From the NCBI GenBank assembly GCA_963798915.1, contig CAWCVB010000011.1, positions 1-64,000 of the forward strand: a stretch of 64,000 nt of DNA, in the 5' to 3' direction. The DNA is from an uncultured Gemmatimonadales bacterium (lineage in GTDB: Bacteria > Gemmatimonadota > Gemmatimonadetes > Gemmatimonadales > GWC2-71-9). Positions 1 to 11,209 of the stretch are shown in pieces; the first letter of the stretch is position 1, and every line of letters begins with the position of its first letter. The notes under the pieces were generated by a model. The model searched no databases. It was not told the DNA's origin and saw only the letters and a list, made by a program, of their open reading frames with translations. The translations under genes and the position numbers were made by a program.

Positions 1-205
1 ACGCCGAGGACATCTCGTTGTCGTTGCCGTAGCGCCAGTTGCCGCCGACCTCGCTGCCGACCTCGAAGCAGTCGAAGCGCACGCCCCGCGCCTGGAGCAC
101 CTGCGCCGCGGTGATCCCCGAGGAGCCGGCGCCGACGATGCAGACCTGCGGCGCCCCGGAGAGGAGGCCGGAGGAGGCATCGGACGGCGGGCCGGCGGGC
201 GTCAT
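1..205 (-). CDS. Flavin-containing monooxygenase family protein, 5' part (runs off window)
   Basis: Manual minus-strand translation from ATG at 205: ...VCIVGAGSSGITAAQVL...FDCFEVGSEVGGNWRY; FAD-binding GxGxxG and GGxW motifs. Not in the ORF track. Confidence 0.8.
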   Translation of the reverse strand, partial: MTPAGPPSDASSGLLSGAPQVCIVGAGSSGITAAQVLQARGVRFDCFEVGSEVGGNWRYGNDNEMSSA

Positions 206-257
206 GGGTGCAGAGCCTACGACCGCTCCGGGTGGGTGGACAGGTAAGGTTGACCGG

Positions 258-2136
258 GGGACGATTCTCGACGACGCCCGCGAGGGCATGAACTTCGCCA
301 TCCGCATCCAGGACGACCTGTTCGGCCACGTCAACGGCGCCTGGCTGACATGGCCGAGATCCCCGGCGACCGCTCGTCGTGGGGCCCGTTCGTGATGCTC
401 GCCGAGGCGGCCGAGGAGCACGTCCGCGAGATCATCGAGGACTGCGCCGCCGGCCGGGTCGAGGGCGACGAGGCCCGCAAGGTCGGCGACCTGTTCGCCA
501 GCTTCATGGACGAGGAGCGCGTCGAGGAGCTCGGGCACACCCCGATCCTCCCGTTGCTGGAGGAGGTAGAGGCCCTCACCGAGGTCGGACAGCTGGGCGC
601 GCTTCCTCGGCTCCTTCGAGCGTCGCGGCGGCAGCGGCGTGTTCGGCTCCTACGTCGACACCGACGACCGCGACTCCGACCGCTACGTCGTCAACGTGCT
701 CCAGGGCGGGATCGGGCTGCCCGACGAGACCTACTACCGCGAGGAGAAGTTCGCCGAGATCCGGCAGAAGTACCTCGCCTACCTCGTGCGCCTCCTCACC
801 CTCGCCGAGCGTCCCGAGCCCGAGATCACCGCAGCGCAGGTCCTGGCCCTGGAGACCCGGATCGCCAAGGGCCACTGGGAGCGCGCCGAGACCCGCGACG
901 TCATCAAGACCTACAACCTCACGCCGCTCTCCGAAAGGGCTCGCTGGTGCCGAGCTTCGACTTCGACGCCTGGGTCACCGGGGTCGGCGGCTCCGCCGAG
1001 ACACTGGCCGAGACCGTGGTGCGCCAGCCCTCCTACCTCGCCCACCTCGAGACCGTGCTGGCCGACACCGGCATCGAGGAGTGGCGCGCGTTCCTGACCG
1101 TGCGGGCGATCCGCACCGCCGCGTCGTACCTCTCCAGCCCGTTCGTGGAGGCCAACTTCGACTTCTACGGCCGCACCCTCTCCGGCACCCCCCAGCTGCG
1201 CGCGCGCTGGAAGCGCGGCGTCGGCCTGGTCGAGGGCGCGCTGGGCGAGGCGGTCGGCCGGGAGTACGTCGCCCGCCACTTCCCCCCGCGCTCCAAGCAG
1301 GTCATGGACGGGCGTGGCCAACCTGCTCGAGGCCTACCGCCGCTCGATCACCGACCTGGACTGGATGGGCGAGGAGACCAAGAAGCGAGCCTTCGAGAAG
1401 CTCGAGACGTTCCGCCCGAAGATCGGCTACCCCGAGAAGTTCCGCGACTACTCCGCGCTGGAGATCGACCCCGACGACCTGCTCGGCAACGTCCTGGCGG
1501 CCACCGCGTTCGAGACCAACCGCGAGCTGAAAAAGATCGGGTCCCCGGTCGACCGCGACGAGTGGTTCATGCTGCCGCAGACGGTGAACGCCTACTACAA
1601 CCCCGGCACCAACGAGATCTGCTTCCCCGCCGGCATCCTGCAGCGGCCCTTCTTCGACGCCGACGCCGACCCGGCGGAGAACTACGGCGGCATCGGCGCG
1701 GTGATCGGTCACGAGATCGGCTACGGCTTCGACGACCAGGGCGCCCAGTTCGACGGCAAGGGCAACCTCAACGACTGGTGGACCGCCGAGGACAAGGCCG
1801 CCTTCGAGCTGAAGTCGAAGGCGCTGATCGAGCAGTACGACGGCTACGAGCCGCGCGACCTGCCCGGCGAGCACGTCAACGGCGCGCTCACCGTCGGGGA
1901 GAACATCGGCGACCTCGGCGGCCTCACCATCGCGCTGAAGGCCTACCTGATCTCACTGGAGGGCGAGCAGGTCCCCGAGCGCGACGGCCTCACCGGCGTG
2001 CAGCGGCTGTTCCTGAGCTGGTCCTACGTCTGGCGGACCAAGCGCCGCAAGGAGCTGGCGCTGAGTTCCTCACCACCGACCCGCACAGCCCGCCGGAGTT
2101 CCGCGCCAACATCGCGCGCAACCTCGACGAGTTCCA
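258..2136 (+). CDS. M13 (neprilysin/PepO-like) zinc metallopeptidase, ~5 frameshifts, 3' end cut off at junction
   Basis: Segments in alternating frames: QDDLFGHVNG, VNAYY, FPAGILQ, NYGGIGAVIGHEIG(Y)GFDDQG, GENIGD, DPHSPPEFRAN. Homology stops after NLDEF. Start approximate. Confidence 0.85.
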
Positions 2137-2547
2137 ATGGACCACGACGAGATCGCCGTCCATGATGTGCTCCTCGATCATGGACTCGCCGGCCACACGC
2201 AGCGCGTAGTTGGGCCCGCGTTGCGGGAGCATCCCGTCGGGGATCGCCACGGTCTCATCGTGCATGAGGGACTCGATCGGGGTGCCGGCCGCCACCTTGC
2301 CGAGCAGGGGAATTTCCGTGGCGGACGCGGTGCCGCGCGGCGGCAGCACTTCAATGGAGCGACTTTCGTTGTAGGAACGATGGATGTACCCCTTGCGTTC
2401 CAGATTGGTCAGATGCTCATGCACTGTTGCCAGCGACTGAAAGCCGAACCGCTCGGCGATCTCCTCGAAACTCGGCGCGTATCCATGTTCCGTGATGTGA
2501 CCCTGGAGGTATTCCAGGATTTCGCGCTGGCGTTTGGTAAGCGGCAT
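2137..2547 (-). CDS. lexA: SOS repressor LexA, C-terminally truncated
   Basis: MPLTKRQREIL..GYAPSFEEI..SLATVHEHLTNLERKG winged HTH, VAAG cleavage site, GESM catalytic Ser. Breaks after DGDLVVVH, before the catalytic Lys region. Confidence 0.93.
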
Positions 2548-2570
2548 GACGGCTATCCTGTGACTGGTGA

Positions 2571-2611
2571 CCGAACAGAGCCCGAACTATCTTACCCGAA
2601 AAGCACCCGAA
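2571..2611. promoter_or_regulatory. Putative tandem LexA operators (two CCGAA-N6-CCGAA direct repeats)
   Basis: CCGAA at 2571, 2582, 2596 and 2607 (11-bp period within each pair); the first pair contains GAAC-N7-GAAC; lies just upstream of lexA. Confidence 0.7.
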
Positions 2612-2626
2612 GGGCAAGTGGTTTCC

Positions 2627-3407
2627 ATGCTTGACCAGATCCTGGCCGCAGCGGGACAGCGTGCCGACCAGTTGCGAGGCGCCCGCGCCGCATTGGAACG
2701 TGCCGTTGGCAGCGCGCCCGCGGTACCAGACTTCAGGGGAGCGCTCCGGCGGCCGGATATCGCCATTGTCGCCGAGGTCAAGCGACGATCACCATCGGCC
2801 GGTGTCATCAACGCATCGCTTATCCCGCCTGAAGCTCGCGGCGACCTACGAGGACGGCGGTGCAGCAGCCGTCTCGGTGCTGACCGATGCACCCTTCTTC
2901 GGCGGCAGCCTCGCTGATCTTCGGGACGTGGCCGGCCGCGTCAGCATCCCCGTCCTGCGAAAGGACTTCATCCTGGGCGAGGAGCAGCTGCTCGAGGCGA
3001 GGGCGGCCGGCGCCTCGGCCGCCCTGCTGATCGTGCGCGCGCTTGACCAGGACCGGCTGCGCCGCCTGATCGCCTTCGCCCAGGACATCGGCCTTGTGAC
3101 GCTCGTCGAGACCCATACGGCCGTAGAGATTTTGCGGGCGCTGGATGCCGGCGCTGACGTCATCGGCGTCAACAGCCGCGACCTCGACACGTTCGAAGTA
3201 GATGTGCCGCGCGCGCTGGAACTCATTTCATCCCTGCCGAGCGACTGCGTGGCAGTGGCCGAAAGCGGGATGGCGGAGCGCCTTGACGTGGTCAAGGCAG
3301 CGGCGGCTGGGGCCGACGCGGCGCTGGTGGGCGGGGCCCTCGCAGGTGCTTCGAGCGTTGCCGATCGACTGCAGGACTTGACTGGTGTGCCACGCCATGG
3401 CCGTTAA
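2627..3407 (+). CDS. trpC: Indole-3-glycerol phosphate synthase (frameshift ~2825)
   Basis: IVAEVKRRSPSAG in one frame; AVSVLTD, PVLRKDF, GVNSRDL, VAESG in the +1 frame. Confidence 0.92.
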
Positions 3408-4041
3408 GGTCAAGATCTGCGGGCTCCGCCGCGCCGGCGACGCGGCATACGCGGTGGCTGCTGGCGCCGACTATCTGGGCGTCGTCCTGGATGCCGGGCC
3501 GCGCCAGGCGTCGGCCGATGAAATCCGCAGCATCGTGGTGGCCGCTGGTTCCATACCGGTCCTGGCGGTGGTGGTCCAGACCCCTGTCGAGCAGGTCCTG
3601 CAACTTCGGGATCGGACCGGGATTGCGGGCGTTCAGCTGCACGGCGACCAGGACGAAGGCGTGGCGGCCACCTTTCGTGCGGCTGGGCTGGTCGTCTGGC
3701 GAACTGCCCGGCTTGCGGCGGAGAGCGACACTCCCCTTGCAGCGCGATTCTGCCGCCACGCCGATGCCGTGCTGGTGGAGCCGCGGGTTCCCGGTGCGGC
3801 CGGGGGCGCGGGCATGGCCCTCCCGATCGCCTGGGCCATCCGGGCCCGTGAGGCGGTCGGCTCCCTGCCGATGGTGCTGGCCGGCGGCCTGACGCCAGCC
3901 AGTGTGAAGGCTGCCGTGGGGCTCGTTCAGCCCTATGCCGTCGATGTAAGTTCCGGCGTTGAACGTGCACCGGGCGTGAAAGATCCCGGCCTGGTGTCGA
4001 GTTTCCTGGAGGCCCTTCGTGACAGCAGATCCGGTCGATAG
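3397..4041 (+). CDS. trpF: Phosphoribosylanthranilate isomerase
   Basis: [31 protein letters not shown]. Confidence 0.93.
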   Translation: MAVKVKICGLRRAGDAAYAVAAGADYLGVVLDAGPRQASADEIRSIVVAAGSIPVLAVVVQTPVEQVLQLRDRTGIAGVQLHGDQDEGVAATFRAAGLVVWRTARLAAESDTPLAARFCRHADAVLVEPRVPGAAGGAGMALPIAWAIRAREAVGSLPMVLAGGLTPASVKAAVGLVQPYAVDVSSGVERAPGVKDPGLVSSFLEALRDSRSGR

Positions 4042-5213
4042 GCCGCGGAGCAGCGGTCGCTTCGGGCCGTACGGCGGGCGCTATGTGCCGGAGACTCTGG
4101 TGGCCGCACTCGACCAGCTGGCCGTGCTGTACGATTCCGCCCGCACTGATCCGGCCTTCTGGCACGATTTTGACGTATTGGGCCGGGAGTATGTCGGGCG
4201 GCCGACGCCCCTTTCGGAGGCCCCGCGTTTCTCGGCTGACGCAGGCGCGCGCGTGCTGCTCAAGCGGGAGGACCTGAACCACACGGGCGCGCACAAGATC
4301 AACAACGCCATCGGCCAGGCGCTCCTGGCGATGCGGATGGGGAAGCGGCGCATCATTGCCGAGACAGGCGCCGGCCAGCATGGCGTCGCGACCGCCAGCG
4401 TCTGCGCCCGGTTCGGGCTGGAGTGCGTGGTCTACATGGGCGCCGAGGACGTGCGTCGCCAGGCCCTCAACGTCTTCCGCATGCAGCTGCTGGGAGCCAC
4501 CGTCATTCCGGTGGAGTCCGGCACCCGCACGCTGAAGGATGCCACGAACGAGGCACTGCGCGACTGGGTCGCCACGGTGCCGGACACGCACTACATCATC
4601 GGCTCGGTCGTCGGTCCCGATCCGTATCCGCGCATGGTGCGCGATTTTCAGTCGGTGATTGGCCGGGAGGCGCGGGCGCAGGTGCTCGCCGCGCATGGCC
4701 GGCTGCCGGACACGGTCGTCGCCTGTGTGGGCGGTGGGTCCAATGCCATGGGCATCTTTTCAGCCTTCCTGGATGATGAGGTCGACGCTGGTCGGTGTCG
4801 AGGCGGCCGGGGCCGGGCTCGACTCGCATCGTCATGCGGCAACGCTGGGTCGGGGACGTCCCGGGGTGCTGCACGGTGCGCTGAGCTATCTCCTGCAGGA
4901 CGCCGACGGCCAGGTGTCGGAAGCGCATTCGGTGTCGGCGGGCCTGGACTATCCGGGCGTGGGTCCAGAGCACAGCCACTTGCGCGACACCGGCCGGGTG
5001 CAGTACGACAGCGTGACCGATGGTGCTGCGCTGGATGCCTTCGGCGCTCTCGCCAGGCTGGAGGGCATTATTCCGGCCCTGGAGACGGCGCATGCGCTGG
5101 CCTGGGTGCGCGCGCATCAGTGGCCGGAGAATCGCACCGTGTTGATCTGCCTCAGCGGCAGGGGAGACAAGGACGTGGCGCACGTTGCTCAACAGCTGGA
5201 ACGTGATGCATGA
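4019..5213 (+). CDS. trpB: Tryptophan synthase beta chain (frameshift ~4785)
   Basis: [42 protein letters not shown]; then [15 protein letters not shown] and LSGRGDKD in the +1 frame. Confidence 0.95.
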
Positions 5214-6901
5214 CGGTGGCTGAGACGACCACCGCCGTGCTGCCGTCGTCGCAGATCGCGGAGCTGATCACCAGCCTCCTGAAGGCACTGCGTGCGTTCC
5301 AGATGTACCTCCCCAACAACCCCATTCATCACCGCGCCAGTGAAAACGTGCGGGCGGCGTTCGGCCCCATCTGGGCCGCCACCGATGAGATCACGCTCAC
5401 GGTGGCCGAGACCGATTTCATCTGGGAAGAGCAGGTGGTCTATCACCAGCTGAGCAAGCCGGACAGCCTCGCCTGGACGCTTTACAAGGACGGGCTCCGC
5501 GTGCTCACCCTGAAGAAGGGTGTGGAGCAGGAAGAGATTGGCCAGCTCCTCGAGCTGATCAATCGGGCACGCTTCCTCGCGACGGACGCCCCGGACGACC
5601 TGTTGACGCTGCTCTGGGAACGCGAATTTCTCTGGATCACGTACGTATTTGCAGAGCCCTTTACGGATTCGGTTCCGGTCGAAGCGGCAACCGCCGCGCC
5701 CCCGACCGATGTCCGGCCGGAAGAGCGGCGCCAGGCGGTTGAGGAGGAAGCGCCCAAGCGCGCCGGGTCCGTTGACCTCGATGACTTTGACGGCACGCTC
5801 TATTTCCTGGATGAGCAGGAAATCAACTATGTGATCGATGCGGTCCGCCACGAGTACAGTCGTGACGCGCGCGCCAGCGCGCTGGCCATTCTGTTCGACC
5901 TGTACGAGCAGGAGCGCTCGCCGGCGGTGCGCGACGAGATTCATTCGATTCTAGACGCCCTGTTCCCGAATCTGCTCAACCAGGGGGACTTCCGCGCGGT
6001 CGCGGGGATCCTGCGCGAACTCCGTGTGCTCGAGCAACGGGCACCTGACCTGACACCGGAGCAACACGCGCGGGTCCGTGAGTTCGAGGAACGGCTGAGT
6101 GAGCCGTCCATTGTGAGCCAGCTGGTGCAATCACTGGATGAAGCCGCGACGCGTCCCGGCGACGAGGATGTGCGCGAGGTGCTTGGCGAGCTGCGCTCGG
6201 CTGCGCTCGGTCCCATCCTGGCGATGCTGCCGAGGCTGTACTCCGGCACGGTCCGGACCATGCTCGAGGAGACAGTCGACCGGCTGGCGTCCCAGAACTC
6301 GGCCGAGGTGCTCCGCCTGCTGCGGGATCCGCCGCCCGACGAGGACTTTGCCGAAGCACTCCCGGCGCTGGTCGGCGTATGCGGGCGCCTGCGCCTGCAG
6401 GGGGCCGTGATCGGACTGGGCGACCTGCTCGGACATGCGGACGGCGCCCTCCGACTGGCGGCGGTGCAGGCGCTCGACGCGATCGGCACGCCCGGGGCGC
6501 TGGCGCACCTCGACCGGGCGCTGGAGGATGCCGATCGCGCGGTGCGTGTGGCCGCGGTAAAGGCCGTCGGTGCTCGCGGCTATCGCAGCGCACTTCGCCG
6601 GGTGGAGGCGGTGGTGCAGGGCAAGGGGCTCAAGGATCTCGACATGTCCGAAAAGAAGGCGTTTTTCGAGGCATACGGCGCCATCGCCGGGGCATCGGGA
6701 GTGCGGCTGCTCGCGGCCATGCTGGGTGGGCGCGGGCTGCTCCGGATGAAGGAGTCGCCCGAGGTTCGCGCCTGTGCCGCGCTCGCGCTGGGCCGCATCG
6801 CCACGCCGGAGGCGCGAGAGGCGCTGGAGATGGCGCAGGATGACAAGGAACTGATGGTGCGCAACGCCGTCAAGCAGGCCCTGCGGGAGGTGAGGCCGTG
6901 A
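5210..6901 (+). CDS. HEAT-repeat protein with uncharacterised N-terminal domain
   Basis: 563 aa; C-terminal PBS-lyase-type repeats ([44 protein letters not shown]); ATGA overlap with trpB stop. Confidence 0.85.
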   Translation: MTVAETTTAVLPSSQIAELITSLLKALRAFQMYLPNNPIHHRASENVRAAFGPIWAATDEITLTVAETDFIWEEQVVYHQLSKPDSLAWTLYKDGLRVLTLKKGVEQEEIGQLLELINRARFLATDAPDDLLTLLWEREFLWITYVFAEPFTDSVPVEAATAAPPTDVRPEERRQAVEEEAPKRAGSVDLDDFDGTLYFLDEQEINYVIDAVRHEYSRDARASALAILFDLYEQERSPAVRDEIHSILDALFPNLLNQGDFRAVAGILRELRVLEQRAPDLTPEQHARVREFEERLSEPSIVSQLVQSLDEAATRPGDEDVREVLGELRSAALGPILAMLPRLYSGTVRTMLEETVDRLASQNSAEVLRLLRDPPPDEDFAEALPALVGVCGRLRLQGAVIGLGDLLGHADGALRLAAVQALDAIGTPGALAHLDRALEDADRAVRVAAVKAVGARGYRSALRRVEAVVQGKGLKDLDMSEKKAFFEAYGAIAGASGVRLLAAMLGGRGLLRMKESPEVRACAALALGRIATPEAREALEMAQDDKELMVRNAVKQALREVRP

Positions 6902-8349
6902 CACAGCCCCAGCTCGAGGGCGCGCCGCAGGAAGGGGCCTTGCGCGCGGGCGGACGCGGGTTGCTGCTGACGCTCTACACCGCGCTGCGCAGCCTCAAGC
7001 TTTACCCGGTCGAAAACGCGACAGTTCAGCGGGCGCTCGACGACCTCGATCATGCGGCGGCTGCACTGCTCGAGCGTGAGACCGGCGTGGAAATCCGGCT
7101 GTCTGGGGATTTCATCTTCGTGAACTCCACCCGGCTTCGGCTGGAACTCGATAATTACGCGTCATTCAGTAATATCCTGGCGACCCTCCGGACCTTCGAA
7201 ATCGGCGTCCTCCATATCAGCCGGGAAGTGTCCCGCCGCGACTGGCAGGCCTTCCTCAGCATCCTCATCAGCCTGGCCGAGCGGACACTGACCGACCCGT
7301 TCGACGAACTGGCCGAGCGCCTGTTCACAACCGGCGTGCATGGGCTGGAACTCGAGCGGGCCAATCCCGACGAAGATTCCCAGGATGAGCTCCAGCGCCA
7401 GCGGGAGCTGGCCAAGCGCACCTACTCCCATGGGGTGGCCGTCGCCAAGGAGGTGGTGACCAGCGTCCGGATGGGTCGGGCGACGAGCGTCAAGAAGATG
7501 AAGCGTGCCGTGCAGCTCATCGTGGACCAGGTACTGAACAACGAGACGTCCCTGATGGGCCTCACGACGATTCGCGACTACGATGAGTACACCTTCCAAC
7601 ACTGCGTCAACGTGTGCATCTTTGCCGTGGCGCTTGGGAAGAAGCTCGGGTTCTCCAAGTTGCAGCTGTACGATCTGGGGATGACCGCGCTGATGCACGA
7701 CATCGGCAAGGCCCGTGTTCCGGTGGAGGTCCTGAACAAGGCCACCGGGCTCGACGACCGCGAGTGGCGCGTGATGCAGGCGCACCCATGGTTCGGGGCT
7801 CTCACGCTGTTCATGCTCCGCGGCTATGAGGAAATCCCGTACCGGTCGATTCTGGTGGCGCATGAGCACCATATGAAGATCGACCTCACGGGCTATCCCA
7901 AGCATATCCGGCCGCGCGAGGTTGGGCTGTTCTCGCGGATTGTCTCGGTGGCTGACGGCTTCGACGCCGCGACGACGCGCCGCAGCTACCAGACCGTGCC
8001 GATCGAGCCGGACCAGGTGCTGCGGGAAATGTGGGAAAACCCGAGGCGGGGTTACGATCCGGTGCTGGTCAAGGCGTTCATCAACCTGATCGGCATCTAT
8101 CCGGTGGGGACCTGCGTCATTCTCGACACCCTGGAGGTGGGCGTCGTGAGTGCCCCGAATCCCGACACCAAGCTCCTCAACCGCCCGCTCGTGCGGCTCG
8201 CGATCGACGTGGACGGCGCGATGGTGGCGCCGCCCGGCCAGCCGGTCGATCTCGCCGAGCAGGATGAGGCCGGTCGCTTTCTGCGCTCCATTGTCAAGGT
8301 CACCAACCCGGGCCGTCATGGCATTGTCGTCGGCGATTTCTTCGTCTGA
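6898..8349 (+). CDS. HD-GYP domain phosphodiesterase
   Basis: YTFQHCVNV, MHDIGK, HEHHMKIDLTGYP, VADGFDAATTRRSY; GTGA overlap with the upstream gene. Confidence 0.88.
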   Translation: MTQPQLEGAPQEGALRAGGRGLLLTLYTALRSLKLYPVENATVQRALDDLDHAAAALLERETGVEIRLSGDFIFVNSTRLRLELDNYASFSNILATLRTFEIGVLHISREVSRRDWQAFLSILISLAERTLTDPFDELAERLFTTGVHGLELERANPDEDSQDELQRQRELAKRTYSHGVAVAKEVVTSVRMGRATSVKKMKRAVQLIVDQVLNNETSLMGLTTIRDYDEYTFQHCVNVCIFAVALGKKLGFSKLQLYDLGMTALMHDIGKARVPVEVLNKATGLDDREWRVMQAHPWFGALTLFMLRGYEEIPYRSILVAHEHHMKIDLTGYPKHIRPREVGLFSRIVSVADGFDAATTRRSYQTVPIEPDQVLREMWENPRRGYDPVLVKAFINLIGIYPVGTCVILDTLEVGVVSAPNPDTKLLNRPLVRLAIDVDGAMVAPPGQPVDLAEQDEAGRFLRSIVKVTNPGRHGIVVGDFFV

Positions 8350-9124
8350 TCCCTTCGTCCCCGTGTTCGCGGCGGCCGAGGCCGCCGGGCGCGCCGCCCT
8401 CGTTCCCTACCTCACTGCCGGCTTCCCTGACGTGGCCACCTCGCGCGCGGCGCTCCAGGTTGCCGCCCGGTGGGGTGATGTCATCGAGTTGGGCGTGCCC
8501 TTCAGCGACCCACTCGCCGACGGCCCGACCATCCAGCGTGCCAGCCACATGGCGCTCAAGCGAGGCATGACACTCGCTGGCACCCTGGCGCTCCTCCACT
8601 CGGCCGATATCGCGCGGCCGGTAGTGCTCTTCACTTACCTGAATCCGGTGCTGGCCTACGGACTGCCGCGTCTCCTCGTCGATGCCGCCGCGGCCGGGGT
8701 GACGGGATTGCTGCTCACCGACCTGCCGGCCGGCGCGGACGAATCCATCGAGCGTCAGATCGCGGACAGCGACCTTCCGCTGATCCGGCTGGTGGCACCC
8801 ACCACCCCTGACGAGCGGCTCGTGCCGCTCGCGCGTGAGGCCCGTGGCTTTCTCTACCTCGTTTCCCGGCTGGGCGTCACGGGCGCCAGGCGCGAGCTGG
8901 CCCAAGGTCTTGCAGCCCAGGTGGCGCGACTCCGTGCTCACACGGATCTCCCCGTCGCGGTCGGATTTGGAGTGTCCGATGCGAGCCAGGCGGCGACGGT
9001 GGCCGGGCTGGCGGATGGTGTCGTGGTGGGCAGCGCGCTGGTCCGGCAGCTGGATGAACGAGGGGTCGAAGGTCTCGACTCACTGCTCGCTGAGCTGCGC
9101 GGGGCCATGGAGCGCGCAGCATGA
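8318..9124 (+). CDS. trpA: Tryptophan synthase alpha chain
   Basis: [50 protein letters not shown]. Start uncertain. Confidence 0.95.
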   Translation: MALSSAISSSDPFVPVFAAAEAAGRAALVPYLTAGFPDVATSRAALQVAARWGDVIELGVPFSDPLADGPTIQRASHMALKRGMTLAGTLALLHSADIARPVVLFTYLNPVLAYGLPRLLVDAAAAGVTGLLLTDLPAGADESIERQIADSDLPLIRLVAPTTPDERLVPLAREARGFLYLVSRLGVTGARRELAQGLAAQVARLRAHTDLPVAVGFGVSDASQAATVAGLADGVVVGSALVRQLDERGVEGLDSLLAELRGAMERAA

Positions 9125-11202
9125 CGGTGCGGGTGCCTGAGCTGCTCCGGGGCTACGCCTTTTCGCTCCAGGCGGGCGGCCTGTTGCTCGGCGGCCTCAC
9201 GCTGCTGCTGGACACCCGCTGGATGGACTACCCGGCTGGCGTCGCCGTGCTCCTGCTGGGGAGCGTGGCGGTACGCATCTCCCCGATTCGCCTCAGCAAG
9301 TACAGCTACCTGACCCAGACGTCGATGGCGGCGCTCGTGGGTGCGGTTGTGCTGGGCCCGTCGCCCACTGTCCTGGCGCTGATCCTTGCGGTGTTCCTGA
9401 GCGATGTCGTGCTGCTGCGCAAGGACATGCGCGCGGCGATCGTGAACACCGGTCGCGAAATCATCGCCTTTGTCGCCGCGTTCGGCATGTATGCTTTGAC
9501 GCTGCGGCTGACGGGCATGCCCGGCCTGGAGGTGAACTACCTGCCGGCAGCGTTCACCCTGCTGGCCATGTATTTCCTGATCGGTCGGGCGCTCTTCTAT
9601 TTCACCCTGCTCATTCGCAGCAAGCTCGAGGTGCAGGAGCGCCTGTTGATCCTGCGCTGGGAGATCGTCTCATATCTCATCAGCATGATTGGCGCCGTGG
9701 TGATCATCGCGGCCGTTCGTGTGCTGCAGCCGGCTGGCTGGATCGCGGCCCTGCTGCTGCTGGGCGTCCTGGGCGTCCTCACGCGCAAGATTCTGGAAGA
9801 AGCCATCGCGGCCGAGGATCTGAACAAGGTGCACCTGATGGAGCTGGCCATCGCGAGCAACGTGACGCTCCAGGATTCCCTGGAGCAGATCGAGCGGCTT
9901 GCCTACCGCCTGCTCGACTGGGGCGACTTCCGGATTTACCGGTTGGAGGGAGACGCAGCATCCCTGATGTACCGCAGTGCGGTCGGCCGGCCGCACCGGA
10001 GCGTCCCATCCGCCGAACTCATCCCGCTGCGGGGCCACGCCATTGCCAGCGGCGAGATCGTCCATATCCGGAGCGCGGCGTCGGATCCGCGCTTGTCCAG
10101 GCCCGATTCAGACGTCCAGTGCGTCCTGATCCATCCGCTCCGCTTCGGCGACAATACGCTGGGCACGATCGAACTCGATCACTTCAAGCGGAACGTCTAT
10201 CATGCCAAGGACGTCGCGGCCCTTGCCACCATTGCCGCCCAGGTGGCCACCGCGATTCATATTGCGGAGTTGCGCCGGCCGCTGGTCGGGCTGGTCCAGC
10301 TGATCGGGAGTCAGGTGGCGGCGCTCCAGCGCGCCACCGACTCGCTCCGGGATAGCGCCGACGCGCTCGCCGAGGTGTCGCGCTCCGTGGAGGCGACGGT
10401 TGGCGATCAGGACGCCTTCGTGCGCGAGGGCCAGGAAGCCACCGACACCATGAGTGGCATTACCGCCAGCATGGCCCAGGAGGGGTCGAAGGCGGCCATT
10501 GCGAGCGAAGCCGCCGCGGAGACCGCGTCGCACAATCAGGCGGTCGTGTCAGAGGCGCTCCGCCGGCTGGTGCAATTCAAGGAGTTCGTGAGCGCGAGCT
10601 CGGAGCAGGTAGGCTCGCTGGGCGCCGTGAGCCGGCGCATCACCGGGTTCATTGGCACCATTCGCGAGATCGCCGACGCAACCAACCTGATCGCATTGAA
10701 TGCCGCCATCGAGGCGGCGCGTGCCGGCAGAGAGGGGCGCGGCTTTGCCGTGGTCGCCGAGGAGATTCGCCAGCTGGCGGCCCAATCACTCAGCGCGGCG
10801 CGTGAGGCGGGCTCCCTGGTCGCGGATGTCTCCAACCAGGTTGATGCCGTTGGCCGCCAGATGCGAGTCGGCGAGGCCGTCGTCTCCGACGTGGGAGACG
10901 TGAGCGCCGCCGCCGCCGGAGCGTTTCAGGCCATCGTGGGGGCGACCGGCGATGCCGGCCGGCACGCGCGACGGGTGGCCGAGATGGCTGCCACACAGGA
11001 ACTGTCGTTCGCCACCTTGAATGAGCGCATCCAGCGTGTCGCGGATTCATCGCTTCGCATGCGCACTGATACCCGCCAGCTTTCGAGCCGGGCGGCCGAA
11101 GCCGCGCTCGGTCAGGCCGAGCTGGAGCAGACGACGCGCGCGCTGGCGGGCATGGCGGCCGAGTTGCAGGAACTGGCTCGCCACTTCGCGGTCGGATCCT
11201 GA
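9121..11202 (+). CDS. Multi-TM + GAF + methyl-accepting chemotaxis signalling domain protein
   Basis: ~7 hydrophobic segments in the first ~220 aa; GAF-like [38 protein letters not shown] tip [33 protein letters not shown]. Confidence 0.88.
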   Translation: MTVRVPELLRGYAFSLQAGGLLLGGLTLLLDTRWMDYPAGVAVLLLGSVAVRISPIRLSKYSYLTQTSMAALVGAVVLGPSPTVLALILAVFLSDVVLLRKDMRAAIVNTGREIIAFVAAFGMYALTLRLTGMPGLEVNYLPAAFTLLAMYFLIGRALFYFTLLIRSKLEVQERLLILRWEIVSYLISMIGAVVIIAAVRVLQPAGWIAALLLLGVLGVLTRKILEEAIAAEDLNKVHLMELAIASNVTLQDSLEQIERLAYRLLDWGDFRIYRLEGDAASLMYRSAVGRPHRSVPSAELIPLRGHAIASGEIVHIRSAASDPRLSRPDSDVQCVLIHPLRFGDNTLGTIELDHFKRNVYHAKDVAALATIAAQVATAIHIAELRRPLVGLVQLIGSQVAALQRATDSLRDSADALAEVSRSVEATVGDQDAFVREGQEATDTMSGITASMAQEGSKAAIASEAAAETASHNQAVVSEALRRLVQFKEFVSASSEQVGSLGAVSRRITGFIGTIREIADATNLIALNAAIEAARAGREGRGFAVVAEEIRQLAAQSLSAAREAGSLVADVSNQVDAVGRQMRVGEAVVSDVGDVSAAAAGAFQAIVGATGDAGRHARRVAEMAATQELSFATLNERIQRVADSSLRMRTDTRQLSSRAAEAALGQAELEQTTRALAGMAAELQELARHFAVGS

Positions 11203-11209
11203 TACCCCG

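Noticed and set aside
1710..1724. M13 zinc motif reads HEIGY instead of HEIGH
   Set aside because: A single C>T change in a segment with about 5 frameshifts; most likely a sequencing error rather than a pseudo-enzyme.
1990..2136. Apparent novel C-terminal extension on the LexA ORF
   Set aside because: It is the antisense of the M13 gene read through the junction.
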